Below the pieces are notes generated by a model that was given only the letters and a program-made list of their open reading frames with translations, did no database searches and was not told the origin of the DNA. From assembly GCA_965237955.1 (NCBI GenBank), contig OZ250169.1, positions 2,208,001 to 2,272,000 of the forward strand: 64,000 nucleotides of DNA. The letters run 5' to 3'. Each line of letters begins with the position of its first letter. The first letter of the stretch is position 1. The position numbers and the translations under genes were made by a program. Source of the DNA: Candidatus Marinacidobacterales bacterium (lineage in GTDB: Bacteria > Acidobacteriota > Vicinamibacteria > Marinacidobacterales > SMYC01). Positions 1 through 10,646 of the stretch are shown in pieces.

Positions 1-2
1 GC

Positions 3-638
3 ACCCGAGAGCTCGCCGAGACCATGGGCGCCAAGGTGCTGCTCCAAACCGATTGGAAAGGCTACGGCTATCAAAAGAGCTACGCGCTCTCGAAAGCCGA
101 GGGCGACTGGATCTTGTTTCTCGACGCCGATGAGGTCGTGGACCCGAAGCTCGCCGAACAGATCCAGCGGGTGACGAAGACCGACGAAGGCGCGGCGGGC
201 TACGCCATGCTCCGAGTGAACTACTTCTGTGGTGACCGGCTACGCTTCGGAAACGGCCGGCCCGACTACGTCGATCGTCTATTCAAACGGGGGAAGGGAA
301 GTATCTCTGATCACCGCGTCCACGAGCGGGTAATCGTCGACGGTCCGGTGAAGCGACTGCAAGGAGAACTACAACACTACACGACGGAGTCCATCAGCCA
401 CCGCGTGCGGAAAAACGACGAGTACGCGACCACGGCCGCGGAGGAACTGTACCGTCAGGGAAAACGGGCGTCGATGTTACAACTCTTGTTTCTCATGCCG
501 CTTTCGATCTTCCGGGATCTGGTGTTGAAAGGCGGCATCCTCGACGGGAAAAACGGCGTCATCATGGCGGTGACAGGCGCGTTCTACTCGTTCAGCAAGT
601 ACGCTAAGTTGTGGGAGCTCCAGAAAAAATCCTCTTGA
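3..638 (+). CDS. Glycosyltransferase family 2 (WaaE/KdtX-like LPS core GT); 5' end lies outside the window
   Basis: Frame is open from position 3 (TRELAETMGAKV...WKGYGYQKSYAL). Contains WILFLDADE (DxD), VHE and HYT motifs and a C-terminal Y-x-F-x-KYAKLWE typical of this family. Confidence 0.85.
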   Translation, partial: TRELAETMGAKVLLQTDWKGYGYQKSYALSKAEGDWILFLDADEVVDPKLAEQIQRVTKTDEGAAGYAMLRVNYFCGDRLRFGNGRPDYVDRLFKRGKGSISDHRVHERVIVDGPVKRLQGELQHYTTESISHRVRKNDEYATTAAEELYRQGKRASMLQLLFLMPLSIFRDLVLKGGILDGKNGVIMAVTGAFYSFSKYAKLWELQKKSS

Positions 639-1230
639 GCTTCGAGGACCAGCGGTGCCGACCCTCCTCGCGGCGCACCCACGATTCATCCTCTACCCAG
701 TTCAGCTGGATCGCCCGGCGCTCACCCACGTAGGGCGTGTGCCCGTGCCACGCATTCTCCGAACAGCGGAACAACACAGCCGTCGCGTGCTCGGGTCGGA
801 TGTCGGCAAAGTAATCGTCGAGGTTGTTCGTCGAACGCAGCAGCCGCAAATGCCCACCCTCATGCGGCCAGGCTCCGTTCACATAAATAAGGAGCGTGAC
901 GAGCTTCCACGTCGAATCCCTGTGGATGCGACCGTCCTTGTCACGCGCGTGCCCGCGCACCGTCAGCATGGTGGGACGTCCGGTGAGGTCGATCTCGAAC
1001 TTCGACTCCACGGCTTTCGAGAGCAGGTCCCCGTGGAGCTCGTCGACCAGTTTGCCGAAAGCGGGACCGGAGGCGAGCTCGCTCAAGGGAAAGCTTCCGG
1101 CCTTGGGGACGGACGGGAAGTCGCGCTCGAGCTCCGCCATGGACTCCGAGCGAATGAATTGGGGTACGACCAGGTGCTCGAACGGCTCGCGCTCGAGGGG
1201 CGTGGCGCGCAAGCGTTCGAAGTCGATCAT
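604..1230 (-). CDS. 2OG-Fe(II) oxygenase superfamily protein (208 aa, MIDFERL...)
   Basis: HxD (IHRD), distal His (AWHGH) and Arg (GERRAIQ) motifs. The ATG at 1230 overlaps the upstream stop (ATGA). The true start is internal to the 669-aa ORF in the track. Confidence 0.85.
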   Translation of the reverse strand: MIDFERLRATPLEREPFEHLVVPQFIRSESMAELERDFPSVPKAGSFPLSELASGPAFGKLVDELHGDLLSKAVESKFEIDLTGRPTMLTVRGHARDKDGRIHRDSTWKLVTLLIYVNGAWPHEGGHLRLLRSTNNLDDYFADIRPEHATAVLFRCSENAWHGHTPYVGERRAIQLNWVEDESWVRREEGRHRWSSKLKRIFSGAPTT

Positions 1231-2258
1231 GTTTGGAGCCTTCGGCGTACGGCGTCCAGCACGTCGTCGACCTCGATTGACGTCATGCACACGTTGCCGT
1301 AGCCGGGGCAACGGTGTTTGTAGCACGGCCCACAGGGAACGTCCTGCCAAACCACTTCGTCTCCCGCACCGAAAGGACCGTTTCTCGCCGGATCGGTGGG
1401 TCCGAAGATCCCCACCACGGGAACACCGAACGCCGAGGCCAGGTGGATCGGACCGGTGTCGCCGCTGACGAAAAGACGCGCACGCCGAATGTAGGGGATG
1501 ACGTCGCGAAGCCCGGTGGCCGGCGCGAGCTTGGCAGCCTCGCCCGAAATCTCCACGATGCGACGCGCAATATCCTCTTCGCCGGGCCCCCAGATGACCA
1601 GTGACGGCAGTTCTAGTTCCTCCGCGAGCGCAACCGCGAGGGCGCCGAATTTTTCCGGATCCCACCGTTTGGTCACCCAGCTGGCGCCGGGATTGAGGAC
1701 GACATAGTCGGTCAATCCCAACGACTCGAGTTTCGCTGCCGCGGCCTGGTCCATCTCGTCGGGAACGACGATGGGAAAGTTCCGTTCGTGAGTCTCGATA
1801 TCGAAAACGGTGAGAAGGCGCAGGTGCCGGTCGATGACGTGATGCGGGGCACCGTTGACCCCAATCCGCTCCGAGTAGAAAAGGCTCGCGCCTTTCTCCT
1901 TGAGCGCGCTCGTGGCGAAGCCAACGTGTCGATCGCTTTTTGCGAGCCGGGCGGCAACGGACGATTTGATCGTGCCTTGCAGATCGAGGACGACGTCGTA
2001 GTCGCGCTTGCGAATCTCGCGGACACTTGCGGCGATCTCCCTCCACGTGGCGGGCGAGAACAGACGCTTGCGCCAACGGAAGGTGTCGACCTCGACGAGC
2101 TCGTTCACGTCGGGATTCGACAACAACACATCTCGGTGGCGGGTTTCCACGAGCCAATCGATGGTCGCGTCGGGGAAGCGCCGTCTGAGCGCCGAGAGTG
2201 CTGGCAGCGTGTGAACCAGGTCCCCGATAGAGCTCAGGCGAACCATGAGGATGCGCAT
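1227..2258 (-). CDS. waaC: LPS heptosyltransferase (GT9, WaaC/WaaF-like)
   Basis: MRILMVRLSSIGDLVH, DLQG, NPGASWVTKRW and SGDTGPIHLA...FGPTDP motifs. Confidence 0.85.
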   Translation of the reverse strand: MRILMVRLSSIGDLVHTLPALSALRRRFPDATIDWLVETRHRDVLLSNPDVNELVEVDTFRWRKRLFSPATWREIAASVREIRKRDYDVVLDLQGTIKSSVAARLAKSDRHVGFATSALKEKGASLFYSERIGVNGAPHHVIDRHLRLLTVFDIETHERNFPIVVPDEMDQAAAAKLESLGLTDYVVLNPGASWVTKRWDPEKFGALAVALAEELELPSLVIWGPGEEDIARRIVEISGEAAKLAPATGLRDVIPYIRRARLFVSGDTGPIHLASAFGVPVVGIFGPTDPARNGPFGAGDEVVWQDVPCGPCYKHRCPGYGNVCMTSIEVDDVLDAVRRRLQT

Positions 2259-2302
2259 GGGTGCCAGGCACGAGCGTAGCTTTCGCTCGAGGCGAAAGCA
2301 AA

Positions 2303-3664
2303 CTACCGGCGTTTTTCGGCTTTTTCGATTTGCTCGGCGATCGCTCGAGGGGAGACGCCACCTTCGGTGTCACGGCGGGCGACGGACGCCCGATAATCCC
2401 AAACCGAAGACACGTTCTCGTCGAAGTGCAGCGAGAACTCGCGCAGCTCCTTGAGCGTGAGCTCGTCCGGCGGCACACCTTTCTCGGCAGCGCGGGCAAG
2501 AACCTGGCCGACGATCGCGTGCGCGTTTCGGAACGGAACGTCCTTTCGGACCAGGTACTCGGCGAGGTCGGTCGCAAGAAGATCCGGTGACAACGCTTCG
2601 GCCATCTTGTCACGGTTGACGACGAGTGTTCTCACGACGCCCTCCATCACCGGGAGCACGAGCGCGAGCGTGTCGAGCGTATCGAAGGCGGGCTCTTTGT
2701 CTTCCTGGAGATCGCGTTGATAGCCGGTCGCAAGTCCTTTCACCGTCGTCATGAGCGAGACCAGATTGCCGGCGAGCCTTCCCGATTTGCCGCGGATGAG
2801 CTCGAGACTGTCCGGGTTGCGCTTTTGCGGCATGAGGCTCGAGCCGGTCGTGAAGCTCTCATCGATGGTGACGAAGCCGTACTCGGCGCCCGACCACAGA
2901 ATGAGGTCTTCCGCCATGCGAGACAGGTTCGTTCCCAGGATCGCGCCCGCCGATAAAAACTCGAGAATGTAGTCTCGTGACGAGATCGCGTCGATGCTGT
3001 TCGGGAGCACCGTGTCGAAACCGAGCTCTTCGGCGAGCCGCTGGCGGTTCACACCGAACGGATTGCCGGCGAGCGCACCAGCGCCGAGCGCAAGCCCGAG
3101 AGCACGAGTGCGCGCGGCGGCCAGGCGCACGCGGTCGCGATCGAGCGCCCAGAAGTAGGCGAGCAAGTACTGCGCGAACACCACCGGCTGACCCCGGCGA
3201 AGGTGGGTGTAGCCCGGCAGGATCGCATCCTGGTTCGCGCGCGCCTGCTCGAGAAGACTCGACTCGAGCTTCTCGATGTCGTTGATGCGAGCTTGGATCG
3301 CGCTCGCCAAGTACAAGCGAAGCTCGGTGACGGCGAGATCGTTCCGACTTCGTCCCGTCGGGACTTTCGCGGCGATATCGGGATCGTCGATGGCTTCGCC
3401 AAGCATGCGCTCGACGGCGGTGTGGATGTCCTCGTCATCGAGCGAAGGTTTCTCGCGAAGCTTCCCCTCGACGCGATCGAGCCCGGTTAGAATTTTCTGC
3501 AGCTCGTCGTCGCTCAAGACCCCGACCGCCTTCAGCTCGCGCGCGTATGCACGGTTGATGCGCACGTCCTCGAACGCGAGCCTGCGATCGAAATCGATGG
3601 AGCTCCCGAGGACTTCGAGCTCAGGCGCCGTGGGCTTTTTGAACCGGCCGCCCCAGAGTTTCAT
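2303..3664 (-). CDS. argH: Argininosuccinate lyase
   Basis: [28 protein letters not shown] and [12 protein letters not shown] signatures. ATGA overlap with the argG stop. Confidence 0.97.
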   Translation of the reverse strand: MKLWGGRFKKPTAPELEVLGSSIDFDRRLAFEDVRINRAYARELKAVGVLSDDELQKILTGLDRVEGKLREKPSLDDEDIHTAVERMLGEAIDDPDIAAKVPTGRSRNDLAVTELRLYLASAIQARINDIEKLESSLLEQARANQDAILPGYTHLRRGQPVVFAQYLLAYFWALDRDRVRLAAARTRALGLALGAGALAGNPFGVNRQRLAEELGFDTVLPNSIDAISSRDYILEFLSAGAILGTNLSRMAEDLILWSGAEYGFVTIDESFTTGSSLMPQKRNPDSLELIRGKSGRLAGNLVSLMTTVKGLATGYQRDLQEDKEPAFDTLDTLALVLPVMEGVVRTLVVNRDKMAEALSPDLLATDLAEYLVRKDVPFRNAHAIVGQVLARAAEKGVPPDELTLKELREFSLHFDENVSSVWDYRASVARRDTEGGVSPRAIAEQIEKAEKRR

Positions 3665-4923
3665 CCGCGACGGCTCGTGTGCCACTTTTCGAGCACGGGG
3701 GACAAACTCCCCTTGCTTTGCTTGCGCGCCAAGTTGCGGATCTTTTGAGGCAGACCGAAGAGCCGAATGAACCCTTCGGCGTCCGATTGCTGGTACACAT
3801 CGTCCTCGCCGAACGTCGCGAACTGCTCCGAGTACAAGCTTTCGGGTGAACGGCGTCCGACCGCCGAAGCCTGCCCTTTGAAAAGCTGCACAAGGACTTC
3901 GCCGGTCACCGTTTCCTGAGTCGACTCAACGAACGAGTCGATCGCTTCTCGAAGCGGCGAGAACCACTGGCCGTCGTAGACGATCTCCGAGTACTTGTTG
4001 GCGACGTTCGCTTTGTAGTGCGAGGTCTCGCGGTCGAGGGTAATGCTCTCGAGGGATTGGTGCGCCTCCCAGAGGATCGTGCCGCCCGGCGTTTCGTAAA
4101 CACCTCTCGATTTCATCCCCACGAGACGATTCTCGACGATGTCGATCCGACCGACGCCGTGCTCACCACCGAGCTCGTTGAGCTTTTCCAGGAGTGCGAC
4201 CGGCTCGAGCTCTTTGCCGTTCACCGAGACCGGAGTTCCGCGGTTGAAGACGATCTCGACGTACTCGGGCCGATCCGGTGCATCGGCGGGAGATTTCGTC
4301 AGCTGGTACAGGTTGTCGGGCGGTGGAGCCCACGGGTCTTCGAGGACACCGCCCTCGTGGCTGAGGTGAAGGAGGTTCTGGTCACGGCTATAGATGTTCT
4401 CTTTGCTCTGAGCAACCGGGATGTTGTGCTTCGCAGCGTAGGCGAGGGCGTCCTCGCGGGAGCGGATGTCCCATTCACGCCAAGGCGCAATCACTTTGAG
4501 CTCGGGCGCGAGCGCCTGGTAGGTGAGCTCGAAGCGAACCTGGTCGTTGCCCTTGCCAGTGCAGCCGTGGGCAAGGTACTCCGCGCCTTCGTCGAGGGCG
4601 ATCTCGACCTGACGCTTGGCGATGATCGGGCGCGCGAGCGAAGTGCCCAGTAGGTAGTTGTGTTCGTAGCGGGCGCCGGCCCGAAGAGCCGGGAACACGT
4701 AGTCGCGCACGAACTCGGTGCGCAAATCTTCGACGAACGTTTTGGAGGCGCCGATGTCCGTGCCCTTCTTGGCCGCGGCCTCGAGGTCTTCGCCCTGCCC
4801 CACGTCGGCGAGCATCGCGATGACCTCACAATCGTAGTTTTCCTTGAGCCAGGGCACGATGACCGAAGTGTCGAGCCCGCCCGAATACGCCAGAACGACT
4901 TTCTTCGTGGCACTCTTAGTCAT
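3661..4923 (-). CDS. argG: Argininosuccinate synthase
   Basis: [24 protein letters not shown] and [17 protein letters not shown] motifs. Confidence 0.98.
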   Translation of the reverse strand: MTKSATKKVVLAYSGGLDTSVIVPWLKENYDCEVIAMLADVGQGEDLEAAAKKGTDIGASKTFVEDLRTEFVRDYVFPALRAGARYEHNYLLGTSLARPIIAKRQVEIALDEGAEYLAHGCTGKGNDQVRFELTYQALAPELKVIAPWREWDIRSREDALAYAAKHNIPVAQSKENIYSRDQNLLHLSHEGGVLEDPWAPPPDNLYQLTKSPADAPDRPEYVEIVFNRGTPVSVNGKELEPVALLEKLNELGGEHGVGRIDIVENRLVGMKSRGVYETPGGTILWEAHQSLESITLDRETSHYKANVANKYSEIVYDGQWFSPLREAIDSFVESTQETVTGEVLVQLFKGQASAVGRRSPESLYSEQFATFGEDDVYQQSDAEGFIRLFGLPQKIRNLARKQSKGSLSPVLEKWHTSRRG

Positions 4924-4955
4924 AATAATTCATTTATATCGCATAATTATGCACC
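4917..4955. promoter_or_regulatory. Tandem ARG boxes (ArgR operator) overlapping the argG start codon
   Basis: The minus strand reads TGCATAATTATGCG-atataaa-TGAATTATTATGAC. These are two 14-bp cores 7 bp apart, equivalent to 18-bp boxes 3 bp apart as in canonical ArgR operators, forming an AT-rich island in GC-rich DNA. Confidence 0.75.
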
Positions 4956-5200
4956 AGGCAACCCAAAGTGGTCGCTGTGGCTCGCTCGGAGAGTAATCTA
5001 CTTCACTGCGGACCACACTCGCGAGGCAACCGCGCGCAAGCCAGCCTTCCTACCACCAGCTTCGTCACTTGCTCAAAGAGCACGGCCGGACGAGGAGTCG
5101 TAGCGCTCGGCTGATCGATAGAGGTTATGATCTTCTCCTTTGTGAAATCCTGCGTGTTCTTCGTGTCTTCCTTGTAGGCTGGTAGGCTGGTAGGTAAAGT

Positions 5201-5866
5201 TTGAGTAAGCTCGATGGGTGGGGGCTCGATGGTGACAAAGTCATCAAAGAGACCTATCTCACCAGAAAACCGGCGCCGCGCAGTCAGTGGGTGGCGCTCG
5301 GAAGCGTCGCTGTTCTGTTCATGGCGTCGCTCGTTTATTGGAGCGACCTATTTGGAATCGCCTCGCTGCTGCCCGCAAGCCGTGAGAGCGTGTACTTCCG
5401 AGGCGAGTACTGGCGACTCGGGACTTCGATCCTGATACACGCCGACTTCCAGCATTTTCTCGCGAACGGCGTCGTGCTCGGTGTTCTGGCGTTTCTGCTC
5501 TATGGATACTACGGCGCGTCCGTTTACCCTGGGCTGACGCTTTTCTTCGGCGCAATCGTTACCGGGCTCGCGCTTCGCACCTATCCCACCCAGACCTGGC
5601 TCGTCGGGGCGTCCGGGGTCGTGTACTTGATGGCGGGTTTCTGGCTAGCTCTTTATTTGATGTTGGAACGCCGTGTGGGTATCGGCAAGCGCCTCGTTCG
5701 CGCTATCGGCTTCGGCGTCATCGTGCTCGTTCCCACCGCGTTCGAGCCGGCGGTGAGCTATCGCACGCATCTCATCGGTTTTCTCGTCGGGATCGGCTTC
5801 GCCATCGCCTACTTCTCGAAGCACAAAGAAAGACTCCGCGCCGCCGAACGCATCGCCTACGAATAG
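5201..5866 (+). CDS. Rhomboid-family intramembrane serine protease
   Basis: WR motif (EYWRL), HADFQHFLAN, catalytic GASG and a C-terminal HLIG helix; multiple hydrophobic segments. Confidence 0.9.
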   Translation: MSKLDGWGLDGDKVIKETYLTRKPAPRSQWVALGSVAVLFMASLVYWSDLFGIASLLPASRESVYFRGEYWRLGTSILIHADFQHFLANGVVLGVLAFLLYGYYGASVYPGLTLFFGAIVTGLALRTYPTQTWLVGASGVVYLMAGFWLALYLMLERRVGIGKRLVRAIGFGVIVLVPTAFEPAVSYRTHLIGFLVGIGFAIAYFSKHKERLRAAERIAYE

Positions 5867-5915
5867 TTAGTTTGGCCGCGCTCTCGGTCTCTGTGCCTGT
5901 GTGGCCAATTTCCGA

Positions 5916-6743
5916 TCAATCGGTGTCGTTGTCGGAGTCGGTGTCGGCGATGCCTCGGCCGCTGTAGGCGAGTGCCATCGCACGCTCGGTGACTTTGGCG
6001 TAGAGGCGCTCCAGTGCGCCCCGGATCTCAGGGTGCGGCTTCCAGAAGGACGGTACACCGAGACGCTTGAGAAGAGATGCGGAAACGGCGGGCGGGCCCA
6101 CGGATATCGACACCGTGTGGAAGCTTTCACCAAGCTTCCAGTAGTCGGCCATCGACTCTTCCAGGCTGCGCGTCGACGAACGATCGAGTGGGCGTCCCGA
6201 GGCTTCCGCAGCACGTTGCTGTCCCAGCTCTCGCAGTATCCGCCCGCGGCTTCGTCCGCGCCACTCGAACAATAAAAACGGATCCGCGTCGAGCTTGTCC
6301 GCGAGCACGTAGTGGATCGCCACGATGTGTTTGCACGGCACGACGGCGTCCAGGCACGAGCACTTCATCGTGAGCTCGCCGGGTGAGTTTGGAAAAAGAG
6401 ACAGGCCGACACCCGAGAACGCCTCCTCGATGTTCTCCGGCATCTCTCCCGAAAGAAGTTTCGCGGAGAACAACGCTTGCGACGCGAGAGCTTTGACCGC
6501 CTCGTGCCACTCTTCGTCGGTGAAAGCGTCGACCCCGATCTCAACCTGGTAGGGATCGTAGCGCGAGCCCTGGACGTTGGCGCTCACGAGCCCGGGCTCG
6601 ATCTCGAGTGAAAAAACACGCTCGGCGCGCGCATAGTGTTTCCCGCGCTCGAGTCGGCGGGTAACACCGATCGATTCCATGACCGCCCACCAGCGCTCGG
6701 ACCACCAACGGCCGTCGCTCTCGGTCTCGCTCGTCGTCGCCAT
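5916..6743 (-). CDS. SWIM zinc-finger protein (YwqB-like partner of the SNF2 helicase)
   Basis: CSC-x5-CKH motif (CSCLDAVVPCKH), RLERG-x-YAR, VQGS and DPFLLF motifs; lies directly downstream of the SNF2 gene. Confidence 0.9.
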   Translation of the reverse strand: MATTSETESDGRWWSERWWAVMESIGVTRRLERGKHYARAERVFSLEIEPGLVSANVQGSRYDPYQVEIGVDAFTDEEWHEAVKALASQALFSAKLLSGEMPENIEEAFSGVGLSLFPNSPGELTMKCSCLDAVVPCKHIVAIHYVLADKLDADPFLLFEWRGRSRGRILRELGQQRAAEASGRPLDRSSTRSLEESMADYWKLGESFHTVSISVGPPAVSASLLKRLGVPSFWKPHPEIRGALERLYAKVTERAMALAYSGRGIADTDSDNDTD

Positions 6744-6753
6744 ACTTAGTGCC

Positions 6754-9700
6754 CTAGCCTTCGATCGCCTCGGTGCGCAGCTCGAAGAGCTCGCACAAAC
6801 TCTCGGTGTTGAGCTCGGTCAACCAGCCTTCTCCGGATTGAATAACCGCGCCCGCCAATTTTTTTTTTCGCTCCGCAAGCTCGTCGATGCGCTCCTCGAT
6901 GGTGCCGGCGCAAATGAATTTGTAAACGGCCACCGATCGTGTCTGTCCGATTCGAAACGCCCGATCGGTAGCCTGATCTTCCACCGCCGGGTTCCACCAG
7001 CGGTCGAAGTGAAACACGTGTCGCGCCTGGGTGAGGTTCAAACCGAATCCGCCGGCTTTCAACGACAGTACGAAAATCGGCGGGCCGGCGTCGTCCTCTT
7101 GGAACGAGGTGATCATGCGCTCGCGCTCCGCTGAGGGCACCGCGCCGTAAAGAAACGAAACGTCGACGGAAAGCGTCGTGCGTAGGTGCCGTTCGATGAG
7201 CTTCCCCATCTCCGCATACTGCGTAAACACGAGAGCGCGATCGCCTTCGGCGAGCACCTCTTCCAACATCTCCGTCAACCGCGACAGCTTTCCCGAGCGC
7301 CCGGGGAGCGTACTCCCGTCACCGAGAAAATGCGCTGGGTGATTACAGATTTGTTTGAGCCGCGTGAGAGCAGCGAGCACTTCACCTTTGCGCCCGATGC
7401 CTTCCGAGCCTTCGATCCGCTCGAGGCTATCTTGCACGACCGCCTGGTACAACGTCCCCTGCTCCCGGGTGAGCGTGCAATAGACCTTCATCTCGTTCTT
7501 CGACGGCAGGTCTTTGATGACGGTCGGGTCGGTCTTCACTCGCCTCAGAACGAACGGCTCGATGAGACGGCGGAACTCGTCCGTGGCCGCGCCGTCGCGA
7601 TAGCGCTCGATAGGTAGGGCGTAGTGGCGGCGGAACGCCGCTTCGGATCCAAGGTAGCCGGGGTTCAAGAACTCCATGATAGACCAGAGCTCTTGGAGGC
7701 GGTTTTCCACCGGCGTGCCGGTGAGTGCGATGCGGCGAGGTGCGTTCAAACGCCTGAGCGCCTTGGTCTGCTTCGCCTGCGGGTTCTTGATGTTCTGCGC
7801 TTCGTCGAGCACCAACCCGCCCCACTCGACGGCGTCGAGCTGTTCCAAATCGCGATGCGCGAGGCTGTACGTGGACACGACGAGATGATGCCGGTTCGCT
7901 TCGCGCTTGAAGTCCTCACCCTCGTGGCGGTCGAGCCCGTGATGGATGAGAACGCTGAGAGTCGGCGCGAATCGCTCGGCCTCTTTGCGCCAGTTGCCGA
8001 CGACCGACGTGGGACATATGAGAAGAAACGGTCTCTCGAGAGTGCCTTCCTCTTGGAGATGCAACAAAAGCGCCAGGACTTGAATCGTCTTCCCAAGGCC
8101 CATGTCATCGGCAAGGCACGCGCCGAGACGGAATTGTCCGAGAAACAAGAGCCACGCGAGGCCGTGAACTTGGTACGGCCGGAGCGTTCCTCGGAACGTA
8201 GCCGGTGGTTCGACGTCGGGCAGTTCGTCATGGCCTGCCAGCTTCGACAAGAGCGCGTCGACCCAGCCGGTGGCGCGCAAATCGGTCACCGGAAGCCTGC
8301 GGTCGCCGAGGCGGCCGAGCTTGAGTTGCAGCACGTCTCCGAGAGTCATCTCGGGAACCGCGGGGCGCGATTCGATCGCGCTCAAGACTTCCTGAACACG
8401 CGCAGGCGAGAGCTCGACCCACTGGCCGCGCACTCGTACCAGGGGTTGTTTCATCTCGGCGAGCTCGAGAAACTCTTCGCGACTCAAGCTCTCGGCACCG
8501 AGAGCCAGTTGCCAGTCGAACTCCACCAGCGCGTCGAGACCGAGCCGGCTCACGACGCTCCGTGGTCCTTGCGCGCGCGGCGAGACTTGAAGGCTCAGGC
8601 CGACGCCGTGCTCACGTTTACCCCACCACGACGGCACCAGGACACCGTAGCCACTTTCACGCAATAGAAACGCGCCTTCGGTGAGAAACGTGTACGCCTG
8701 ATCGAGATCGAGTGACAACGACTCGGGTCGCGACTCTTTCAAGCTTTCTTCGAGCGGCGGATAGAGCGCGGCGGCCCGCCCGAGCGCTTCGAGAACGACT
8801 TCATGCGGGCGTTCGAGCCGGCGCTCGAGGTAACGCCACGACGTCCCGCCGTGCTCCCATACGCGCGCGAGCGGCACGAGAAGACTTTCGTCGTCCAGCG
8901 CCTGCAGAAAGAATCGCAGCTCCCAGTTGTCATCGCCTTCGGCTTGCTCTTGACCATCAAAATCTCGGGCGAGCTCCGGGTCGGGAGACCGCGGTGGTTC
9001 CAGTCGAAACGCGATCCGGAAAGGAACCTCGTGCTCTTCGTCGAACTGCGCTTTCCAACTGAGAAGATCTTCTCGAAGTGCTTCGATGGTTTTGTCCGAG
9101 CCTTGGAACGTGCCCTCGGTTTCGAGAAGCGACGATGCGAACTGCTCACCGCTCGTCTCGACGAAGCGCGGCCGCACCCGGAGCCGCGACGCTGCTCGCC
9201 GTACGAATCGATCGACGACCGAGACCAGGAAATCCGAAAAGAGCACGTCGCGGCTCGATTCTTCGGGGCTCGAGTCCACGGTAGTGGCGACGGCACGGCA
9301 CACCGGTGGCATCGCCGCTCGGAGCGCTTCCACGCGGTCGAGCTCTTCTTCGACGAGGGGCTCCCACCGCGCCTCGGCAAAGGTATCGTCCGCCACGATC
9401 GCGGGGAGGAATCGCTGCCGGGCCAGAAGCTCGAGGGCGAACCGGGCGACGGCGGACCAGTACTGCAAGTCCGCGCCGAGATGGAGCCGATACGGCAACG
9501 GCTCGTCCGCAGCCGGTAGCATAGCGAGCCAAGCGAGAGCTGACTCCGGCGGAAGCGACACGCCTCGGATGTTCCATGCGGCGAGGCGTGGGGTAACACC
9601 CGAGGGCTGCTCGCGATGAAAGTGGTGCTCGGGCGAAGGCAACGGGAATCCGTTCTCGGACGGCAAAAGAAGCGTGACCCCGTCGTCACCAACCTCGAGG

Positions 9701-9876
9701 CGGGTCTCTCCGTCGGAGAGCGCTTCGAGTAAACTCGCTTGGATGTGATCGCGCGCGAGTTGATACGGATGATCGCCGTTTCTGCCGTTGTTGGACAACG
9801 ACTCAATCGGCTCGGTCTCTCCCCAAAGGAAGAACCGTTCTTTAATAGGCAGCCAGGTCCCGTGTGCAACGATCAC
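6754..9876 (-). CDS. SNF2-family DEAD/DEAH-box ATPase (YwqA-like)
   Basis: LRPYQ, LADDMGLGKT, DEAQ, LTGTPVEN, SLKAGGFGLNL and QATDRAFRIGQ motifs. Confidence 0.95.
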   Translation of the reverse strand: MIVAHGTWLPIKERFFLWGETEPIESLSNNGRNGDHPYQLARDHIQASLLEALSDGETRLEVGDDGVTLLLPSENGFPLPSPEHHFHREQPSGVTPRLAAWNIRGVSLPPESALAWLAMLPAADEPLPYRLHLGADLQYWSAVARFALELLARQRFLPAIVADDTFAEARWEPLVEEELDRVEALRAAMPPVCRAVATTVDSSPEESSRDVLFSDFLVSVVDRFVRRAASRLRVRPRFVETSGEQFASSLLETEGTFQGSDKTIEALREDLLSWKAQFDEEHEVPFRIAFRLEPPRSPDPELARDFDGQEQAEGDDNWELRFFLQALDDESLLVPLARVWEHGGTSWRYLERRLERPHEVVLEALGRAAALYPPLEESLKESRPESLSLDLDQAYTFLTEGAFLLRESGYGVLVPSWWGKREHGVGLSLQVSPRAQGPRSVVSRLGLDALVEFDWQLALGAESLSREEFLELAEMKQPLVRVRGQWVELSPARVQEVLSAIESRPAVPEMTLGDVLQLKLGRLGDRRLPVTDLRATGWVDALLSKLAGHDELPDVEPPATFRGTLRPYQVHGLAWLLFLGQFRLGACLADDMGLGKTIQVLALLLHLQEEGTLERPFLLICPTSVVGNWRKEAERFAPTLSVLIHHGLDRHEGEDFKREANRHHLVVSTYSLAHRDLEQLDAVEWGGLVLDEAQNIKNPQAKQTKALRRLNAPRRIALTGTPVENRLQELWSIMEFLNPGYLGSEAAFRRHYALPIERYRDGAATDEFRRLIEPFVLRRVKTDPTVIKDLPSKNEMKVYCTLTREQGTLYQAVVQDSLERIEGSEGIGRKGEVLAALTRLKQICNHPAHFLGDGSTLPGRSGKLSRLTEMLEEVLAEGDRALVFTQYAEMGKLIERHLRTTLSVDVSFLYGAVPSAERERMITSFQEDDAGPPIFVLSLKAGGFGLNLTQARHVFHFDRWWNPAVEDQATDRAFRIGQTRSVAVYKFICAGTIEERIDELAERKKKLAGAVIQSGEGWLTELNTESLCELFELRTEAIEG

Positions 9877-9946
9877 GTAAGCTCGATTTTCAAGAGGTTG
9901 AAGTTAGACGGTGGCAGTCAAGCGGAATGTCAGACCTTATCGGAAC

Positions 9947-10042
9947 TGGCGGAGAGGGTGGGATTCGAACCCACGTGCCCGGGTATTAACCGGACAAGAC
10001 GCTTTCGAGGCGCCCCCGTTACGACCACTTCGGTACCTCTCC
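9947..10042 (-). tRNA. tRNA-Ser(CGA), long variable arm, encoded CCA
   Basis: The minus strand folds with acceptor GGAGAGG/CCTCTCC-G-CCA, anticodon arm GGCGC-CTCGAAA-GCGTC and T-arm GTGGG-TTCGAAT-CCCAC. Confidence 0.96.
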
Positions 10043-10070
10043 GAAACCCAATTACCCTGAGATTTGATGC

Positions 10071-10508
10071 CTAGACGTTCTCGCGGCGGAACTTGAAAAA
10101 ATCTTTTAATATTTTCTTACAATCCTGTTCTAAAACTCCCGAGCTGATCGCGAGCCGATGAGGAATCCTGATCTCATTCAAATCGAACAACGATTCCACG
10201 GCGCCGAACTTCGGCTCCGGCGCTCCATAGACCAAACTTCCGACGCGCGCTTGAACGATCGCACCTACACACATCATACAAGGCTCGACGGTCACGTAGA
10301 GCGTCAAGGCTTGAAGCCGGTAGTTCCCGATCTCGCGCGCCGCCTTGCGCATGGCGACGATTTCTGCGTGCCCCGTCGGATCCGCAGCGTGGATCGGCTG
10401 GTTGAAGCCGGACGCAATGACCTCCTGGTCGTGCGCCAACACTGCTCCGATCGGAACCTCACCCAAGTGAAGCGCATGGCGCGCTTCCTCGAGGGCGAGT
10501 CGCATCAT
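10071..10508 (-). CDS. tadA: tRNA adenosine(34) deaminase
   Basis: GEVPIGAV, HAE, and EPCMMC (PCxxC) zinc motif. Confidence 0.92.
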   Translation of the reverse strand: MMRLALEEARHALHLGEVPIGAVLAHDQEVIASGFNQPIHAADPTGHAEIVAMRKAAREIGNYRLQALTLYVTVEPCMMCVGAIVQARVGSLVYGAPEPKFGAVESLFDLNEIRIPHRLAISSGVLEQDCKKILKDFFKFRRENV

Positions 10509-10646
10509 TCGCTGCTGCGTCCCGATAGCCGCTCACCTCGCTCGAATTCGAGAATACTCGACTCGGGGAATTCCCGCAAGGGCCGGGCCGCGCCTCCCTA
10601 CAAGATGACAAGATGACGGACCCGCGACGAGGCTTTCGAGGGCTGG

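Noticed and set aside
1231-2613. N-terminal ~460 aa of the 669-aa ORF 604..2613
   Set aside because: It is an alternate-frame overlap of waaC/argH. The real oxygenase starts at ATG 1230.
5150-5195. GTAGGCTG short tandem repeat upstream of the rhomboid gene
   Set aside because: Only ~2.5 copies, with no supportable function.
5916-10042. SNF2/SWIM pair as an island integrated at tRNA-Ser
   Set aside because: No integrase, no duplicated tRNA 3' end found and no composition shift; the pair is a widespread chromosomal module.
10600-10620. In-frame ATG-ACA-AGA-TGA upstream of the methyltransferase as a second Sec readthrough
   Set aside because: The TGA arises within an 8-bp duplication (ACAAGATG x2), with no Cys-motif context and no convincing SECIS.
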